A stretch of DNA of 64,000 nucleotides, the filler included, from Reticulomyxa filosa (taxonomy: Eukaryota > Protista > Foraminifera): the NCBI GenBank assembly GCA_000512085.1. It is 25 parts of 25 records of this genome, joined end to end, with 100 filler letters (N's around TTAATTAATTAA, not from the genome) between each part and the next. Parts side by side here need not be neighbours in the genome. Positions count along the whole stretch, not along the records: positions 1 to 4,814 come from ASPP01025741.1; positions 4,915 to 6,793 come from ASPP01023646.1; positions 6,894 to 10,685 come from ASPP01006067.1; positions 10,786 to 16,406 come from ASPP01027171.1; 21 more parts are not named here. One strand, written 5' to 3'. Shown piece by piece: positions 1-14,100 of this stretch. Position 1 is the first letter of the stretch, and each line of letters begins with the position of its first letter. The notes beneath the pieces are model-generated. The model was given only the letters and a program-made list of their open reading frames with translations, was not told the origin of the DNA and made no database searches. A program made the position numbers and the translations under genes.

Positions 1-89
1 TTTTTTTTTATTATTGTATTTAATAAACAAAGTGAATAAAAAAAACATGTATAATGTGATATTTTGTGTGTATTTACATAAAAACGACA

Positions 90-2480
90 GCTCAAACAAC
101 TGCTACCAGTGTTATTAACGACTCTGGACGCAGCTGACAATGTCCAGAATGTATTGGACACAAATCAATCGTTTGAGTGGTTGTGCAACAAGGCGGCAAT
201 GGATGGAAAACCTGTTCGGCATGTCATTTATTATTATCATTATTTTAATGTCTTTACTTCATTTATTTCACAAATAAATAAATATGCATGGAACAATAGC
301 TCGTGGGACGAATACAAGATATTCAAACAATCGGCAACTTGTAGCGGCAGGACTAATTCAAGAGAAAGCACAGAAGAACGAGAGCGTCGCGAAAAGGATA
401 GAAACAAAAGAAGTGCTGTAAAAATAGCCAACGCGTTAATTAGGAGCATTCCGCTGCTAAATCATCGATTTGATTGATTTAAATGACGAAGAATGAAGTT
501 GATAGTATTGAAACTGGATATATAAAGAAATGGTATTGATAATGTTGACAGATTGAATTGGATTGAGTGAACAGATATAAGATTGAATCGAACGAAGAAA
601 TGTCAATTCGAAGAACAAGAGAAACTATCGAGCAACAATTGCAACAGGTGAATGTAGTGAAAAGAGCAAATGGATTTCAGAATCATGATTTACCACGTTG
701 GATGATTTGGAGCATCAGACATTTGAATACATGGATACTTTGAATCGAATTGCATTGATAAAAGTGATTGTTGTTTTGGCATTCAATCATTGGACCACTA
801 TCACGATTAACAAATATGACATTCCATAATTTCACGTAATAAACATGTCCCATTTCGTTTTTAACAATTTACAATCTATTCAAAAAAAAAAACAAATAGA
901 ATGTAATTCTTTTTCGTTTTGTTTTGTGTAGATATGAATCATACAAATCACTTCAATATAAATTGAGTAATTGTGATACAGTATCATGATATTGGACGAA
1001 ACACAGAAAATATTTGGAATTAGTGCAAGATCAAAGTGCAAAGCAGATTTTTCGTTCGTTTTGAAACGCAGTGGAAGATCAAAACATTTTGAAAAATGTG
1101 GGTTACATCTTGGACTTTGTGTGAAAGAAACCAGCGAATGACATTGCTGCACAAATAATAATCGTTGGGGCAAACTCCTATTGTCTGAATAGTTCATACA
1201 TTCGGCACATTAAGTAAGAGTATTGCATTGCATAATCATATTTCATTGCTCATTTGGTGACAATGTATGATATAGAAAGATTGTCCCAACGAACGAGACA
1301 GTCAAAATATCAACACAATATCTTTTGTTTTGAGATAGTGCATGACGAGACAATGATAAATTGAATGATGGATTGATGCTTGAGATGAAAGTAATCTAAT
1401 GCAAGAGCGAGATCGCTTTCATGATCGGATAAATGCAATTTAAACAATTGCAGTTTAGATTTACTACTTTTTTAACTATTGCCTATGTCACAAAAAAAAA
1501 GAAGTTGTTGACAATGTGGTTTGTTTTTGTGTGATCTTGCATAGATGGCGTCGTACATATTTACATAACTAGTTTTTCAATCGTAGCATTGTGATACTAA
1601 AACCTGGTCTGGATCAAGCGAAAAGACATGGAAGGTCAATGCCAAAGTGAAACTATTCGTTTGCATTGAAATATATTGTGGATTTTGGAAACTTTAGTTT
1701 TATGTGGATGACACTAGTCGACGCATTGAAACGCCAAATGAGTGATTATTTGTATTGTCACAGTGAGTTCTGGATATTAAATTGTAGATCCATAAAATGA
1801 AACGAATAACATATGTAGTTTTTTCCTTCGCGTTGGCCATGACATGACAAAAGAGATTGTGTGACGTCGTTAGAAAAGGAAGCTCAAATTTGCAACGATA
1901 TTATTGATTTACTGACATTGACATGTCGTGATGATATTGATGCTTGATATGAAAGCAAACAGCTCACGAGAGATCAAGATCGATCAACGAATCTGAATAT
2001 CTTCGACACATGATTGTAAAGTGTAATGGTCGATTTATCGTTGCTGTGTGTTTTCATTATGCGTCGACAAAATGTGATACTGTAAATTAACTGGTAAATG
2101 CCATTTGAGATTCCAGTTTACTTATTTGCTTTTCATGTTTTTATTTGTTACAATCAAACCAAACAATTTGTGCATATTTACGTACATATATAGACATATC
2201 TGACAGTATTCATTCATGGACGTACGATATATAGTATACTTTATGACGAAGGGTCAGAAAGGTGTTTAGAGAACCAAATGGCGGTTATGATATAAAATCA
2301 AATAAGTGAAAGAAATACCTGATGTACTATATTTGTTTAATATATCGGACACATATATAATGTCTTGAAGATGTTGGATTGATTATCGACAAAATGAACA
2401 AATATTGGATATCAAACGCTATTTGTGGCCGAAAATTGGCATATGGCATTCGGGTAAGTGGCAGCTTAGTATCATATTGG
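90..2480 (+). pseudogene. Degraded relic of an unidentified protein-coding gene
   Basis: Protein-like segments (QLLPVLLTTLDAADNVQNVLD; SWDEYKIFKQ; DDLEHQTFEYMDTLNRI; QDQSAKQIFRSF*NAVEDQNILKNVGYILDFV*) are broken by many stops and frameshifts. Boundaries are approximate. Confidence 0.45.
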
Positions 2481-4814
2481 ATTGGTTGAGTGTGTTGTGT
2501 TGAATTGAATCAGGATTGTATCAAATTCAAAATAAATCGATTTGGTTGAGTTGAATTGGAAAGTGATAAATGGCATTATTTAAAATAATAAGGGGATTGC
2601 ATATTATGATTGTGATTGCATTGGATTATCATTTCTATAATTGTTTCAGTTTTTTCATCACTTTTTATATCACATAATAAAAAAAAAAATAAGAATTTAA
2701 AGAAAAAGAGATTGAGTGAAGAAAGGAATGGTGGGATACCTTGTTGACAGCAAACATTATCCAACAAAACCATTTAAGTCGATTTGTGTTTTTCTTTGTT
2801 CTTTATCTAAATAAAATAACCAAATTCAACAAACATGATTTGTGTGTAAACAGCGCAATAAGACGAAATAACAAAATTTAAGTGCTTTTCTTTGTTGTTT
2901 GTTGTATCAGGTATTTTAATATTAATATACAATGTACTACCAAAGTGTTGTGTGGGGGTGGGAATGGGGTAATAGACAGGGTATCACTGTTCCTTCGATC
3001 CTTACTCTCTCTAATAATCAATTCCAAATAAGTAAATGGATATATATAAATAAATAAAGATGAAAAAACTGAGATGAAAAAAGATAAAAAATCCATGCGA
3101 TCCAATCCATCCCCAAATACAGTATCATTTATTCCATTATCACGAGTACAGTTTGGCCCGATCAAATCACAGGTATCCATTCAATCCATTCAATTCATTC
3201 GAATTCGAATCAATTTGATTCGATTTAATGCATTCGATCAATTCATTCGAGCCCAATTCAATCAGCTCCATTTTTTTGGATGCCATCCGCGTTTGATTGA
3301 TCGATCATTTGATCAAGTCCAATTCAAAAACAACATGTGTGAGTATGTTGTATTTCAATCTTACAGCGATGTCCTATCAAACACAATTTTAAAAAAAGAA
3401 GTACAAGTCGAAAATGATTGCAGGAATCGAGAAGATAGCGTTTGATGGCGCAGTGCATATGTAATTTTGTAATTCCATTGAGTTTAAATATTATATGCAC
3501 ATTGAAGTATTGAAGAATTGAATAACTGGACAAATATTTGTATTGTTTCCTGGTCCCCGTTGAACGACTGTATCTTAAATTTATCCATTTTTTTTTGTAT
3601 AAATAAATGTACATGTTAATGTTGGATGCATATATACGTGCGTGAATAGACACAATGAACTTGATCATAGCGATAGCAAAAGATAAGAAAGAAGCATACC
3701 AATTCGATTCCATTGCAATTATTTAGAATTTCATGCTATTGCTATCGTTGTCATCTTATTTGCATCGATATTGGCCATTTATTTAATATTCAATACTTAA
3801 TATCGAATATTAGTTAGAATTGATATACATTGTTATACTAGTTCCCAACATTATATTGTATTTGTAATTAAATCATGGATCATTGACAATACAAATAGTG
3901 TTTATATGTAATCTTCAATCAATCGCTTCATTAATATTTGTCTATTATCGTACTTTTTTTTTCTTTTCGTCCGTTCAAGATTGTACCATCTACGCTTTTG
4001 TGTCATCAGGCGTACATATTAGCTGGAAATATTTGTATTGTATGTGCAATAATTTATTAAACGAATACAAAAAAATTATCATATATTATCGTAAAATACA
4101 TATTTGGATCTATGTCTACGTTGACATTTATTGATAATATAATGTCAAACTGTTATTGTCGAACGTCGTTTGGGGAAAATGACAACTTTAGATTTTCCAA
4201 TTCCTGTGTTATTTCTCACGCAGTAGAATAGTAAAAAAGAACGACCTTCCAGAAGTGATATGAATGATCGTTCGTCAGAAGTATGTCGGTTGGTCGACAT
4301 TTTTTCTTTTTTGGGAGCTCTCCTTTTGCGTCCAACACTATTCGATGTTCAAATATTGCAAACAATAATCAATGTCCTTTTGATGAAAGTATCAATACTG
4401 TATACTTTTTTTTAGTGTGATGAAAATAAATACACGTGTCAGTTCAATGTAATGTTATGTGAATAGATCGTTAGTTAAACTGAACGAGCGGTATTTTAAA
4501 AAAACTCCAAGATGACGAGAAAGAAAGCAGTTAGTGTTTTCCTTCCATTTTGCGGCTCGTTATTCTCTTATCATCAAAAGTCATTTATTTCACTCGTTTC
4601 TACTCAGTCTCCAAGTTGATATCGATATCCAAAATGAACTGCATATTATTACCTTCGTCAATTTGCACTATTATTGAAGAAAGCACCTAATTATTATTTT
4701 GAATATGACATTGACATTTGCATTAACATAAATATTGGATAACAATATTGATATATGAAATTATGATCGGTAAAATGGATAATTTTATTCAATACACAAA
4801 GTAATGATTGTCAA

Positions 4815-4914
4815 NNNNNNNNNNNNNNNNNNNNNNNNNNNNNNNNNNNNNNNNNNNNTTAATTAATTAANNNNNNNNNNNNNNNNNNNNNNNNNNNNNN
4901 NNNNNNNNNNNNNN
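4815..4914. other. Artificial contig-joining spacer (first of 24)
   Basis: N44-TTAATTAATTAA-N44, giving stops in all six frames. Copies start at 4815, 6794, 10686, 16407, 17507, 19169, 20948, 22566, 24357, 28744, 31010, 32489, 35084, 36333, 38388, 43006, 44854, 49456, 50573, 51953, 54658, 57961, 59737 and 61194. Confidence 0.99.
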
Positions 4915-6793
4915 AGGAGCAGCAGGAGCAGCAGGAGCAGGAATAATGGCAGCAACAGCTACATCATCGACGACAGCAACAACAGCAACAACAGCAACGG
5001 GAACGCCAGGGACTCCCAAAACGAGCAAAGGCAAAGCGACGGGGACAACGGGGAAGCAAAAGAGCAAACGCGAGGGCATTCGGTCGCTGTCCACGAAACA
5101 AGCGAATGTGGTGTTTGAGTTTGACAAAGAGAAGCTGCTCGGACAGACGTGGACGAAGCCGATGGACGAGTTTGTTGACGATGCTGTGGAAGGCACGGAG
5201 GATGTCGGACTGCTTGTTCGTCAGACCACCTTGAGTGTGCCGTCGTTGCATTTGCTAATGCTGGTGACAATGACAATGACAATGACAATGGCAATGGCAA
5301 TGACAACAATGACAATAACAATAACAATAACAATAACAATAACAATAACAATAATTATGACAATAATTATGATAATGACAATGGTAATAGAAATACTAAT
5401 GATATTGTCAATGATAATATTATTATCAATGATAATGAAGATGATATAGACAATCAAGTCAATCTTAATCTTAATCTTCTTGATCTTGAGCAAAGTGCTG
5501 TCGACGTTGTCGCCAATGATGACACCACTTCGCTTCATCTTCAAGTATGTGCTTCCGATTCAGACAATGGTAAAATTGTTCATTTATTTTGTTTTTTTTT
5601 ATTGATTCGTTTGCCACTTTCATACTTTTTTTTTTTTTTTTTTTACACAATTGCAAATTGCAAATTGCAAATTGCGATAGGTAGTGCTGCGAATGTTCTT
5701 TCGCAGCCCCATCATAAATCGAGTCCTGTCAAATCGGCCCATCTTTCCCAAGCCAGCGAAATAACCAATAAGAGTGAGACACACGCAGCCGTGATACCAT
5801 CGTCATTTCCTAATGTTAGCTCTTCTCACGCTCAACATAAAGACAAAGACAAAGAAAAAGAAAAAGAAAAGAAAAAAAAAAAAGAAAAAAGCAAAGGAGA
5901 AAGGCATTGGCACACCGTCATTTATAAAGCATTTGATAAAAAAAATCGGTTCTCAAAGAACACCCGAACCTTCCAACGAGTTTGTGTTTGAACATGTGCA
6001 GCCCATGACCGACTCCGCGGAGACTGCTCAGCCGCACGCATCCAAAGATCATCCTCACATTGCGTTTCCATTTGACTGCTTCATGCCCGGTATCAATCAT
6101 CTTCCTTGTCCTTTTGTTTGTCTTTTCATTTGTCTATTGCTCACATCGCAATACAATACAACAAATAGAACAAACAAACGATAATCAAAGTGAACATGAG
6201 CGCGCAAATATACTTGGAAACAAAAACAAGCAAGAAGAAGAGGATGATAATGAGAATAAGGATGAGGATGAAGAGGAGGAGGAGGAAGAAGAAGAAGAAG
6301 AAGAAGAAATTAACACACCCAGATCAGATAGCAAGAGCACAAATGCTCACTTTGGATTGAATTGCTTGAGTTTAAGGAAAGGATGGACGAAAATGCATCA
6401 CAAAAATAAGAGCAAGAGCAGAAATAAGAGCAAGAGCAAGGACAAGAATAAAAATGAACACGAACATGAACATGAACATGAACATGAACATGAAAATAAG
6501 AATAAAAGTAAAAGTAAAAACAGCAATAAAAATCAAAGCAAAAATAAGGATGGCAGTGTCAAGCACGACACAAGCGGAGATTTGAGTTATGATTCACTAC
6601 CCGCCGACAATGATCATGAAGGAGGTGGTCATGAAGAGCATCCACTTATTGATGTCCATCAAAAGCAAAAGCAAAAGCAAAAACCAAAACAAAAGCAAAA
6701 ACAAAAACAAAAACAAAAAGAAGATATTGATGTTAATATTGACTTGAAGAAGCAGGATCAAACACAAGTGCAAACACAAGCACAAACACAAGC
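4915..6793 (+). CDS. Low-complexity protein, internal fragment with introns (T/A-rich, N/D-rich, poly-E, HE, KS, QK and QT dipeptide tracts)
   Basis: GC-richer coding-like segments in ORFs 4946, 5602, 5813 and 6060. Intron-like AT stretches at about 5570-5680 and 6090-6168. Frame changes at repeats. Both ends are cut by spacers. Confidence 0.55.
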
Positions 6794-6906
6794 NNNNNNN
6801 NNNNNNNNNNNNNNNNNNNNNNNNNNNNNNNNNNNNNTTAATTAATTAANNNNNNNNNNNNNNNNNNNNNNNNNNNNNNNNNNNNNNNNNNNNAAAAAAA
6901 AAAAAG

Positions 6907-8013
6907 ACGATTAGCAAATTGGTTCAAATGTGCAAAGAGAGAGATCCGCGATTGATTCGAATGGAGGAAAGAGAGCGACGAGCGATAATGCTGGAGGAGC
7001 GACAGAAGGAGCAGCGAAGACAGGAGAGAGAGGCGGAGAGACTGCGGAAGGAACAGGAGATAGAAGAGAAGGAGCGCAAAAGAGAGGAGGAGAGACAGAT
7101 GGAGCAGAGACGCGTGGAGCAAGAAAAGGACAGGATTCGACGTGAAATTCAGCAGCTGCCAATCGAAATGAGAAAGCTGTTCAACAAGCCGTTCTTCCAA
7201 CAACAAAAGATCTCCGAAAAGCATATCGACTGCGTGTGTCTGCATGCGACCAGAGAAGAATTGAAGACGATCGTCCACGAACTGCAGGCGTCTCCGCAGA
7301 AGCAGCTGGACCAGTTCCATCACTTGTTTCAAGTGTGCAAGCAGCGTGAGCTCGACAAGAAGACCAAGAAGGAGGAACTGGAGAAAAAAGAAAAAGAAAC
7401 AAACAAGTTTGGCACGCTCCCGTGGACCGTCGCCGAACTTAAACATTTGACACAATTGTGCATCAAGTTCCCTCGTGGCACTGAAAACAGATGGGATGTC
7501 ATTTACAAAGAGTTTCTTCGAAAACAAAAATCATCTCCTGCTTCTTCGAATCAGTCCGGAAAATCGCAACCTTATCGGTCACTAGAAGAACTCATTGCCA
7601 CTGCTCATGACTTACAAAAAGGTAATATTAAAATGCCGACAAAAAAAGACACTAATGTTTTGAAAAAAAATACTGATGTTACTGTTGCTTCTGCTACTGC
7701 TACTGCTTCTTCTACTTCTTCTTCTGGTAAAACAAAGACACTCAGTCCTTTGGAAAAAGAACTCGCCGAGATTCGCTCCAGATATGAAACGGATGTCTCG
7801 GACGAGTCTTGGACCAAAGCGCAAAATGTTCTCGAAACTGTGCTTCGCGAATTAATGCCCGTCAAAAAGGAACAACAGTGGTCGATGGAAACCTTCTGGG
7901 AACAGATTGGAAAACGACTGGCCGATTATGGAAAAACACCCACAGACTGTGAGGAGAGGTTCAAATATGTGAGAGAGGTCTTGATTTGCAAGAAAAAATA
8001 TCAACCGCAATAA
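6907..8013 (+). CDS. DNAJC2: DNAJC2/MPP11/zuotin-family ribosome-associated J-protein, 3' part (charged region plus two SANT/Myb domains)
   Basis: LVQMCKERDPRL matches the zuotin DPRI motif and is followed by a charged coiled coil. SANT1: PWTVAELKHLTQLCIKFPRGTENRWDVI. SANT2: SWTKAQNVLE...WEQIGKRL...GKTPTDCEERFKYV. Acceptor AG at 6905-6906; the J-domain lies off the contig. Confidence 0.88.
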   Translation, partial: TISKLVQMCKERDPRLIRMEERERRAIMLEERQKEQRRQEREAERLRKEQEIEEKERKREEERQMEQRRVEQEKDRIRREIQQLPIEMRKLFNKPFFQQQKISEKHIDCVCLHATREELKTIVHELQASPQKQLDQFHHLFQVCKQRELDKKTKKEELEKKEKETNKFGTLPWTVAELKHLTQLCIKFPRGTENRWDVIYKEFLRKQKSSPASSNQSGKSQPYRSLEELIATAHDLQKGNIKMPTKKDTNVLKKNTDVTVASATATASSTSSSGKTKTLSPLEKELAEIRSRYETDVSDESWTKAQNVLETVLRELMPVKKEQQWSMETFWEQIGKRLADYGKTPTDCEERFKYVREVLICKKKYQPQ

Positions 8014-10084
8014 CTTTTTCAAATACAATATAATATATACACACACATATTACTCTCTCCTCTCTCTCTCCTTCCCCTCTTTCTCTCTTTTATCGAATAT
8101 CTTTTTTTAATCTTCCTCTACTTTTTTCGACTGCACACTACAAAATTTGGTATCGCCATCCCTCTTGTCCACGTTTTAACAATAAGTTGATTGTTGCATT
8201 AATTGTGTTATTTTAGTTTATCGGTAAAATCTGTGGTGGGATTTTTTTCTTAAATGCTTTATGATAATATACATCACATTTTTTAATTCTTTTTAAACAC
8301 AACTCTTACCATTGGCCGTACTGTGACTTCCGCAAAAACACCTCGTTGTGAGTTATTTATTTGGTAAAAGTGTAATCTGCCTTCTTTTTTTTACAATGCA
8401 CAACCATAATAACTTCACAATTGAGAACAGTCGAAACCTCTAACTCCAAATTTTTGTCAACACATACTGTTACAAGACGTTCATTCAGATAACGATTAAT
8501 CTCTCTATCATCACATTTGTTTGAAGTAATATGATAACTTAAATAATTGTGATCCATTATCGTCAATATGTATTAGTATATATTTTTTGTGGTACAACAA
8601 TGTATACTATTTGTAAAGGACTCAAATATAGTAAATGCATGATTTCTCAAATATTCTTGTTATGTTTATTGTTTTATTATCGATAGTGAACCCAGATTTA
8701 ATCTTGTAGGGCAAGTCCCTATTATAAGTATCCGAACGTCAAGGGAACGGAGGAATCCCTAGTAGGTTAAACTTCCTCAACAAACTTACTTCTTCTTTCT
8801 TACTTTTCTTTTGTTATTTTGTTTTATTATTTAAATTTCTTTCGTTTTACGAAACACTTATTCTCTTCTTAGTAAATACCTCCGTATTACATTTAGTGTG
8901 CCAACCTGTCAGCAGACGTCCCACAATCTAATTTCAATTTTAATGTGAACTTTATTTTCATCACCATATCAACGTATATAAATTTTATCTAGACGACAAC
9001 AACTATATTGTTCGCTTATCTGCATAATTTTACTAATCATGTATTCGTTGAAATTACTCCATATGTAGAAAAACAAATAATTTTTATGTTGTTTTTATCA
9101 ATATTAACTCTTTGTAATGTTCACTTGTGAAACAATTTTATATAAATTTCATTTTGATATTTTTGGATATGCGACTTCATTTATGCTACTTGTATGTGTC
9201 ATAGTTGGTGCACTAAATTTCACTATTCTTTCAATTTTTTTGTTTAACAATTTAAAAATACATAATATCTTTTTCAGTCAAAAAACATAACAACAATATT
9301 CTTATAAGTAGAAATTGTGACTATAAATGATAAATAGCTCGATCTCATTGATATAACTGCGTTATAATTTGAGAAAGTCATACTGCCAACATGTAGTGTT
9401 CAATAAGCTTAACACATTATTTTTCTGACTTTGCATTTCTTGAGTCAATTCACAAAATGCGCCAACATGTTGCAGTATTAGTTTATGTATTGTTGAATAA
9501 AGGAATTTCACGTTGTAGTTTTTTGCATACAATATGCTTACCTGTGTGTATGCAACTGGCGAAATTGCGTAGTTATCGTTACTGCGACGTTATTTGTTGG
9601 TGAACTTACAAACTCGAAGAATGTAAAACTTTGTAATTGCAAAATAGTGGTTGGATACAAAGTGATATGGTTTTTCTTTTTACAACACTTTGAATGTATT
9701 GTGCATATACTACGTCAGATAACTCTGATAAATTGACATAAGTTTATCCTTTAAAAAAAATTATCATAAGTATTAAGTTAAAATACGATTTAAACACATG
9801 CAGATGTCTGAGAGACCTTCTCACAGCATTGACTGTTGTTTCTAGAACAACATTTTAAACAAACACATTAATGTTACCTCGTAATAGTTTTTTGATAAAC
9901 TTATATTTCAAGTAGCAATCTATTTGCATAAAGATACCGTCTGCTATTTTAAAAGTATTTTCTGTGTGCTTTTGCATATATGTACAGTTTTTTTGAAACG
10001 AAAGATTTAGTTGTTTTCTACAACAAATAGTGAAAGAGCCTCATTGCAAGGGCCGTCAAAAACAAAATCTGGTAATAGTAAAAA

Positions 10085-10627
10085 ATGCTAAAAGAATCCC
10101 TAATAGAAAAAGATAAGTCAAGTAACACTCTTATAGATTTCACAGAAGCAGATAAAGCACGCTGTGTAGTTTCCTCTCCATATGTAGTCCATTTGCTTGA
10201 TTTCCTAGTGGGTATACTACTGATAGCGGATGGTTGCATTGGATTGGCGCATCATCCGGACTTTGGGATCGGAATAATTTGTATATATATTTTTTGTTTC
10301 GGCGTGTTATTTTGTGTATTGGTATTTTACGTGCCCGCTAGCTTGTTGCCAATGATTCCATTTTATTTCAGTTTTTTTGGACGAGGCTGCACAGATTTAT
10401 TTTTAGCAGCACTGGTGATGGCCGGCCAAGTGCCTGAATACGATGCCGGAGTTGGCGTCTTCCTCGCAATCGTGGCACTTTTTTACGTTTTCATAGGCAT
10501 AATGGGTTTTGTATCAAGGCAGTTGTCACCTACTTCCCACTCTTCAAATATAGTACTTTGTTGTCGCTTTTGCAATGTCCCAAGGCCCCTTTTACAAAGA
10601 GAACGAGGTTCATTTTTTTTTTTATAA
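10085..10627 (+). CDS. Tvp15/COPI-associated Golgi membrane protein
   Basis: Four hydrophobic helices and the motif PFYFSFFGRG, typical of the COPI_assoc/Tvp15 family. A probable intron donor near 10608 makes the 3' end uncertain. Confidence 0.7.
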   Translation: MLKESLIEKDKSSNTLIDFTEADKARCVVSSPYVVHLLDFLVGILLIADGCIGLAHHPDFGIGIICIYIFCFGVLFCVLVFYVPASLLPMIPFYFSFFGRGCTDLFLAALVMAGQVPEYDAGVGVFLAIVALFYVFIGIMGFVSRQLSPTSHSSNIVLCCRFCNVPRPLLQRERGSFFFL

Positions 10628-11109
10628 AAAAAAAAGGGGTGGTGGATATATGAAAAAAAAAAAGAATTTGTTTTTTTGTTAATTANNNNNNNNNNNNNNN
10701 NNNNNNNNNNNNNNNNNNNNNNNNNNNNNTTAATTAATTAANNNNNNNNNNNNNNNNNNNNNNNNNNNNNNNNNNNNNNNNNNNNAAAAAATAAAAAAAA
10801 GTATACGTCATCATCATCATCCAATCCAAAGAAAAATTTAGGGGATAGGGAAAATGTGGAAAAGAAAAATTGGAAAAATTTATGGGGAAAAATAGAAGGA
10901 AAAAATGAGGGTGAAAAAATGGATAGAAAAAGGGGAAAAATTTTATTTGAGAAAAGGGAATTTTATTTAAGAAAGTGGGGAAAAAATTGTTTGAGAAAAA
11001 TGGAAAAAAAAATGAAAAATAAAACTGAGAAAAAAAAAGGAAAAATGTTAGAAAAGAAAAAAAGTAAAAAAATGAAAAGAAAAAATGTGTTGCCAAAAAA
11101 AGTTCATCG

Positions 11110-14100
11110 AGAGACTTTGGCAGTTGCATTCACATTAGCAAATTAGGAATAGTAACTGTCGAGTCTCGTAAAAGTTTTCGTTGAACAATGGATGGCTTCA
11201 AAAGTAGGTATTGGATGTAACGTCCAAGGACGACTAAAGCAACTGTGGATGGCAATGGCGACGAAATTCAGGATGGCCAAAAGATAGTGATCGTATAGAG
11301 TGGTCTGGTGAACACTTGCGTCGGAAAGAGAGCTGCTCCGGAAAGTAAGAGTGTATTGTTGTATGTTGACAACAGCAGAAAACGAACTTCCAGCACAACG
11401 AAGCAAAACGGAGAAGCGGAGGATCAATTACATAAGCGAACATATTGGCAAAGGACTTTGGCACAAAAGCGCACTTATCGCCGCAACAACACGAAAGGCA
11501 TATAGCAAAAGTGTATTTTTACTATTTCGAGCTGTGACATTGTATGAGTTTCGACACTTTGCTCGCAAGATCCTTTGAACGAACTCAAATATCCAATTCT
11601 CTGGAGCATTTTGAAGAAAATTGATGTGTAAAATGGATTTTCCATTTTCGCGTTAAAATACTTGCCGTCAGTGATTCAATAGATGAAATTTATTCATTCT
11701 CATTTTAATAATCGTTTGGCACAAGAACAAGTTGAACAAAGGCCAAGATAATTTTTAGTAAAGTATACAATGCAACGTCGTAAAGAAAGTAATTAGTATG
11801 GCGAAGCCAAATGGAATAAGGAGCGGCAAGGGTTTGTGAAGGAATGGAATCACGTCGTTTCTCGTGTCACCTCAAACCATGCCAAAAAGGGACAGGAAAT
11901 CGCAAATACAAAGTCCGACAAGGACAAACGACGAAAAAAAGAAAATGCAGGCAGCAGCAAAGACGAAAAAGAACAATCGATGACAGGGTCAACGCACTTG
12001 GGATTGGGATATTTTCGAAATTATTTGGCGATTGAAGATGCCTTGAATCAATGTCAGGTCGTGACATTCCAAAAGATTATTGGTACTGGATCAAGAAGAT
12101 GTTCCATTGTGGACCGCCATGGAGTGTGGAACTGGAGGATCATTGCAGACCAGTAAAATGATTCGTTTAATCTTGAATCATTTGATCACTATCAATAATT
12201 CTTGTTTGATGAAGTGGCATCAGTTTACTTTCCTTTTTTTTAAAATTTGTCAAGGGATTGAGAACAACATAACTGGAAAAAAGGACGAAAAGAAGGAAAG
12301 CGACGAAAATCGAGAAAGGAGTTGTGCGAAACTTAAGATTACATGCAAACAGGAAGATTAAGAAGATGATGAAGAAAAGAAAGAGATGATTCCAAGAGTC
12401 CGGGGGGCTATACCATTGGATTTGTTTTGTTTTTTTTATAAAAAAAAACTGTTGTCGATTTTGCTGTGTTTGGTAGTGGAATGGCTCTTCACGCAATCGA
12501 GTGGCGATTTTGCGCGTTCTCAGATATGGACGGACTTCACATAGAGTCTCCACAATGGAACTGCTGAATGAGTGTGCAATGTCAAGGCAGTGGCAAGCTA
12601 AATCATTGAAAGGATTTGTATATTCATACGTTGATAGCGAACAAGTCTCTGCTTCTTATTCAACAACAACGGCATGAACAGTTACAATGAAATTCGGTCT
12701 GGCACTGCAACTCTACAAGGGATGGCACAGCATCAAAGAGTGTGTGGAACTGCGATTTGTCGGCGCCAAGTGCAACAAGTCTTGTGCAATGGACAATAAA
12801 AAAAATTGGATATAAATATCAATGGTCTCTTTGTGGCATTTTGGTTATTTGCGATATCATATTCATTTGTGCTTTATACAATGAACACTTAGCACAAATC
12901 CGACAATTTACACGTATGTTTATACCAACTAACAACCAAGATCTTTTTTTATTAAAATAAAAAAAAACAATAATGGATACATGTGTATGTATAGACAGAT
13001 GTTGACAATAAAGCGAAAACTGCGATTGGTAGCGGTAATAATATTGTGTGAGCTGTTTGTGGTATGTATGTACCTGATATCTTGCGTGACCTTCTTTCAA
13101 GTGATTTCTCTGAGTTCGTATGCAATAGTGGTGATTGGAAGTTGACTTTTGTTGACAATGTTGTTGGACGTCCACTATCACGTTTCAAAAATAGAGGCAA
13201 GTTCGTTAATTGTTGCTTCGCAAAAGCAAAGTTCGATCACAACGACAACGATCACGACGACAGGTACAGCCAAGACGCAGACCTTATCTACGGGCTCAAA
13301 CAGTGGAAACAGTAGTTGTAGTGCGTAATCCAATTCCAACGGCACGGTAACGGTACCGAAAGAAAGAACAAAGAATTGTATTTGGAAATGCTAGCAGAAC
13401 AGCAAGACGACCTCCGACCGCCGACGAACAAGAAAAAATCATCGTTGTGGAAATTGGTGCTAGTTTATGGATTAGTGCTCATTACTTTTGCTGGACTGTC
13501 TCCGAGATCGGCTATGTGCTGACGGACGACTTATTATATGCGACGCAATACTTGTATTCGTTGTATTATTCAGCACTTGCAGAACGACGAATACGTCCAA
13601 GACTAATGGTACCATCCCTTCTTGGATCTCCAGTCCAAATGTCGGACATGGTCGTTATTGGAAATGCTCGCACTAATGGCTATGTGTCTATCACCACAAG
13701 GGCGATGAGAGCATAGATGGACTTCATATTTTGAAAGCCGATCTGGCATTGGAACACTTGGACAAGATTTTATCAAATAAATCCCGAACAATCTTGATTT
13801 CGCACCAAGATCCAGTTTGCACGATATCATCATGTTTTTCTTTTCTTTTATCTTGGCAAAGTGCCAACGATGGTATTTACCGAAGAAATAGAAGAGGACG
13901 TAGACGTTGTTGCATATGACGGTCGAGTAAATCACGGCATGGAAAAGTTATGCGAAACTCAAGCCAAGACCACTAACAAACAAGAAGAAGAGGAGGAGAA
14001 GGAGAAAGAAAAGAAAGAGTTCCAAGACTCCAAGGAGGGGGGGGAGCTATACGGCGTTGGATTTTTTTTAATAAAAAAACCGTTGCTAGCTTTGCTGCGT

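Noticed and set aside
3130-3330. ATTCGA/TCAATT-rich stretch as a structured repeat or gene (ORF 3074-3445)
   Set aside because: Degenerate short-period low-complexity sequence with no constant unit or recognisable protein motif.
5221-5544. Hydrophobic poly-IV, poly-MT/IT and poly-L ORFs as membrane proteins
   Set aside because: They are alternative-frame or antisense readings of (ACAATR)n microsatellites whose likely coding frame is N/D-rich.
10786-11110. K-rich ORF 10856-11146 and F-rich antisense ORF 10734-11129
   Set aside because: Purine-run low-complexity sequence at a contig edge, most likely poor-quality read tail or non-coding DNA.
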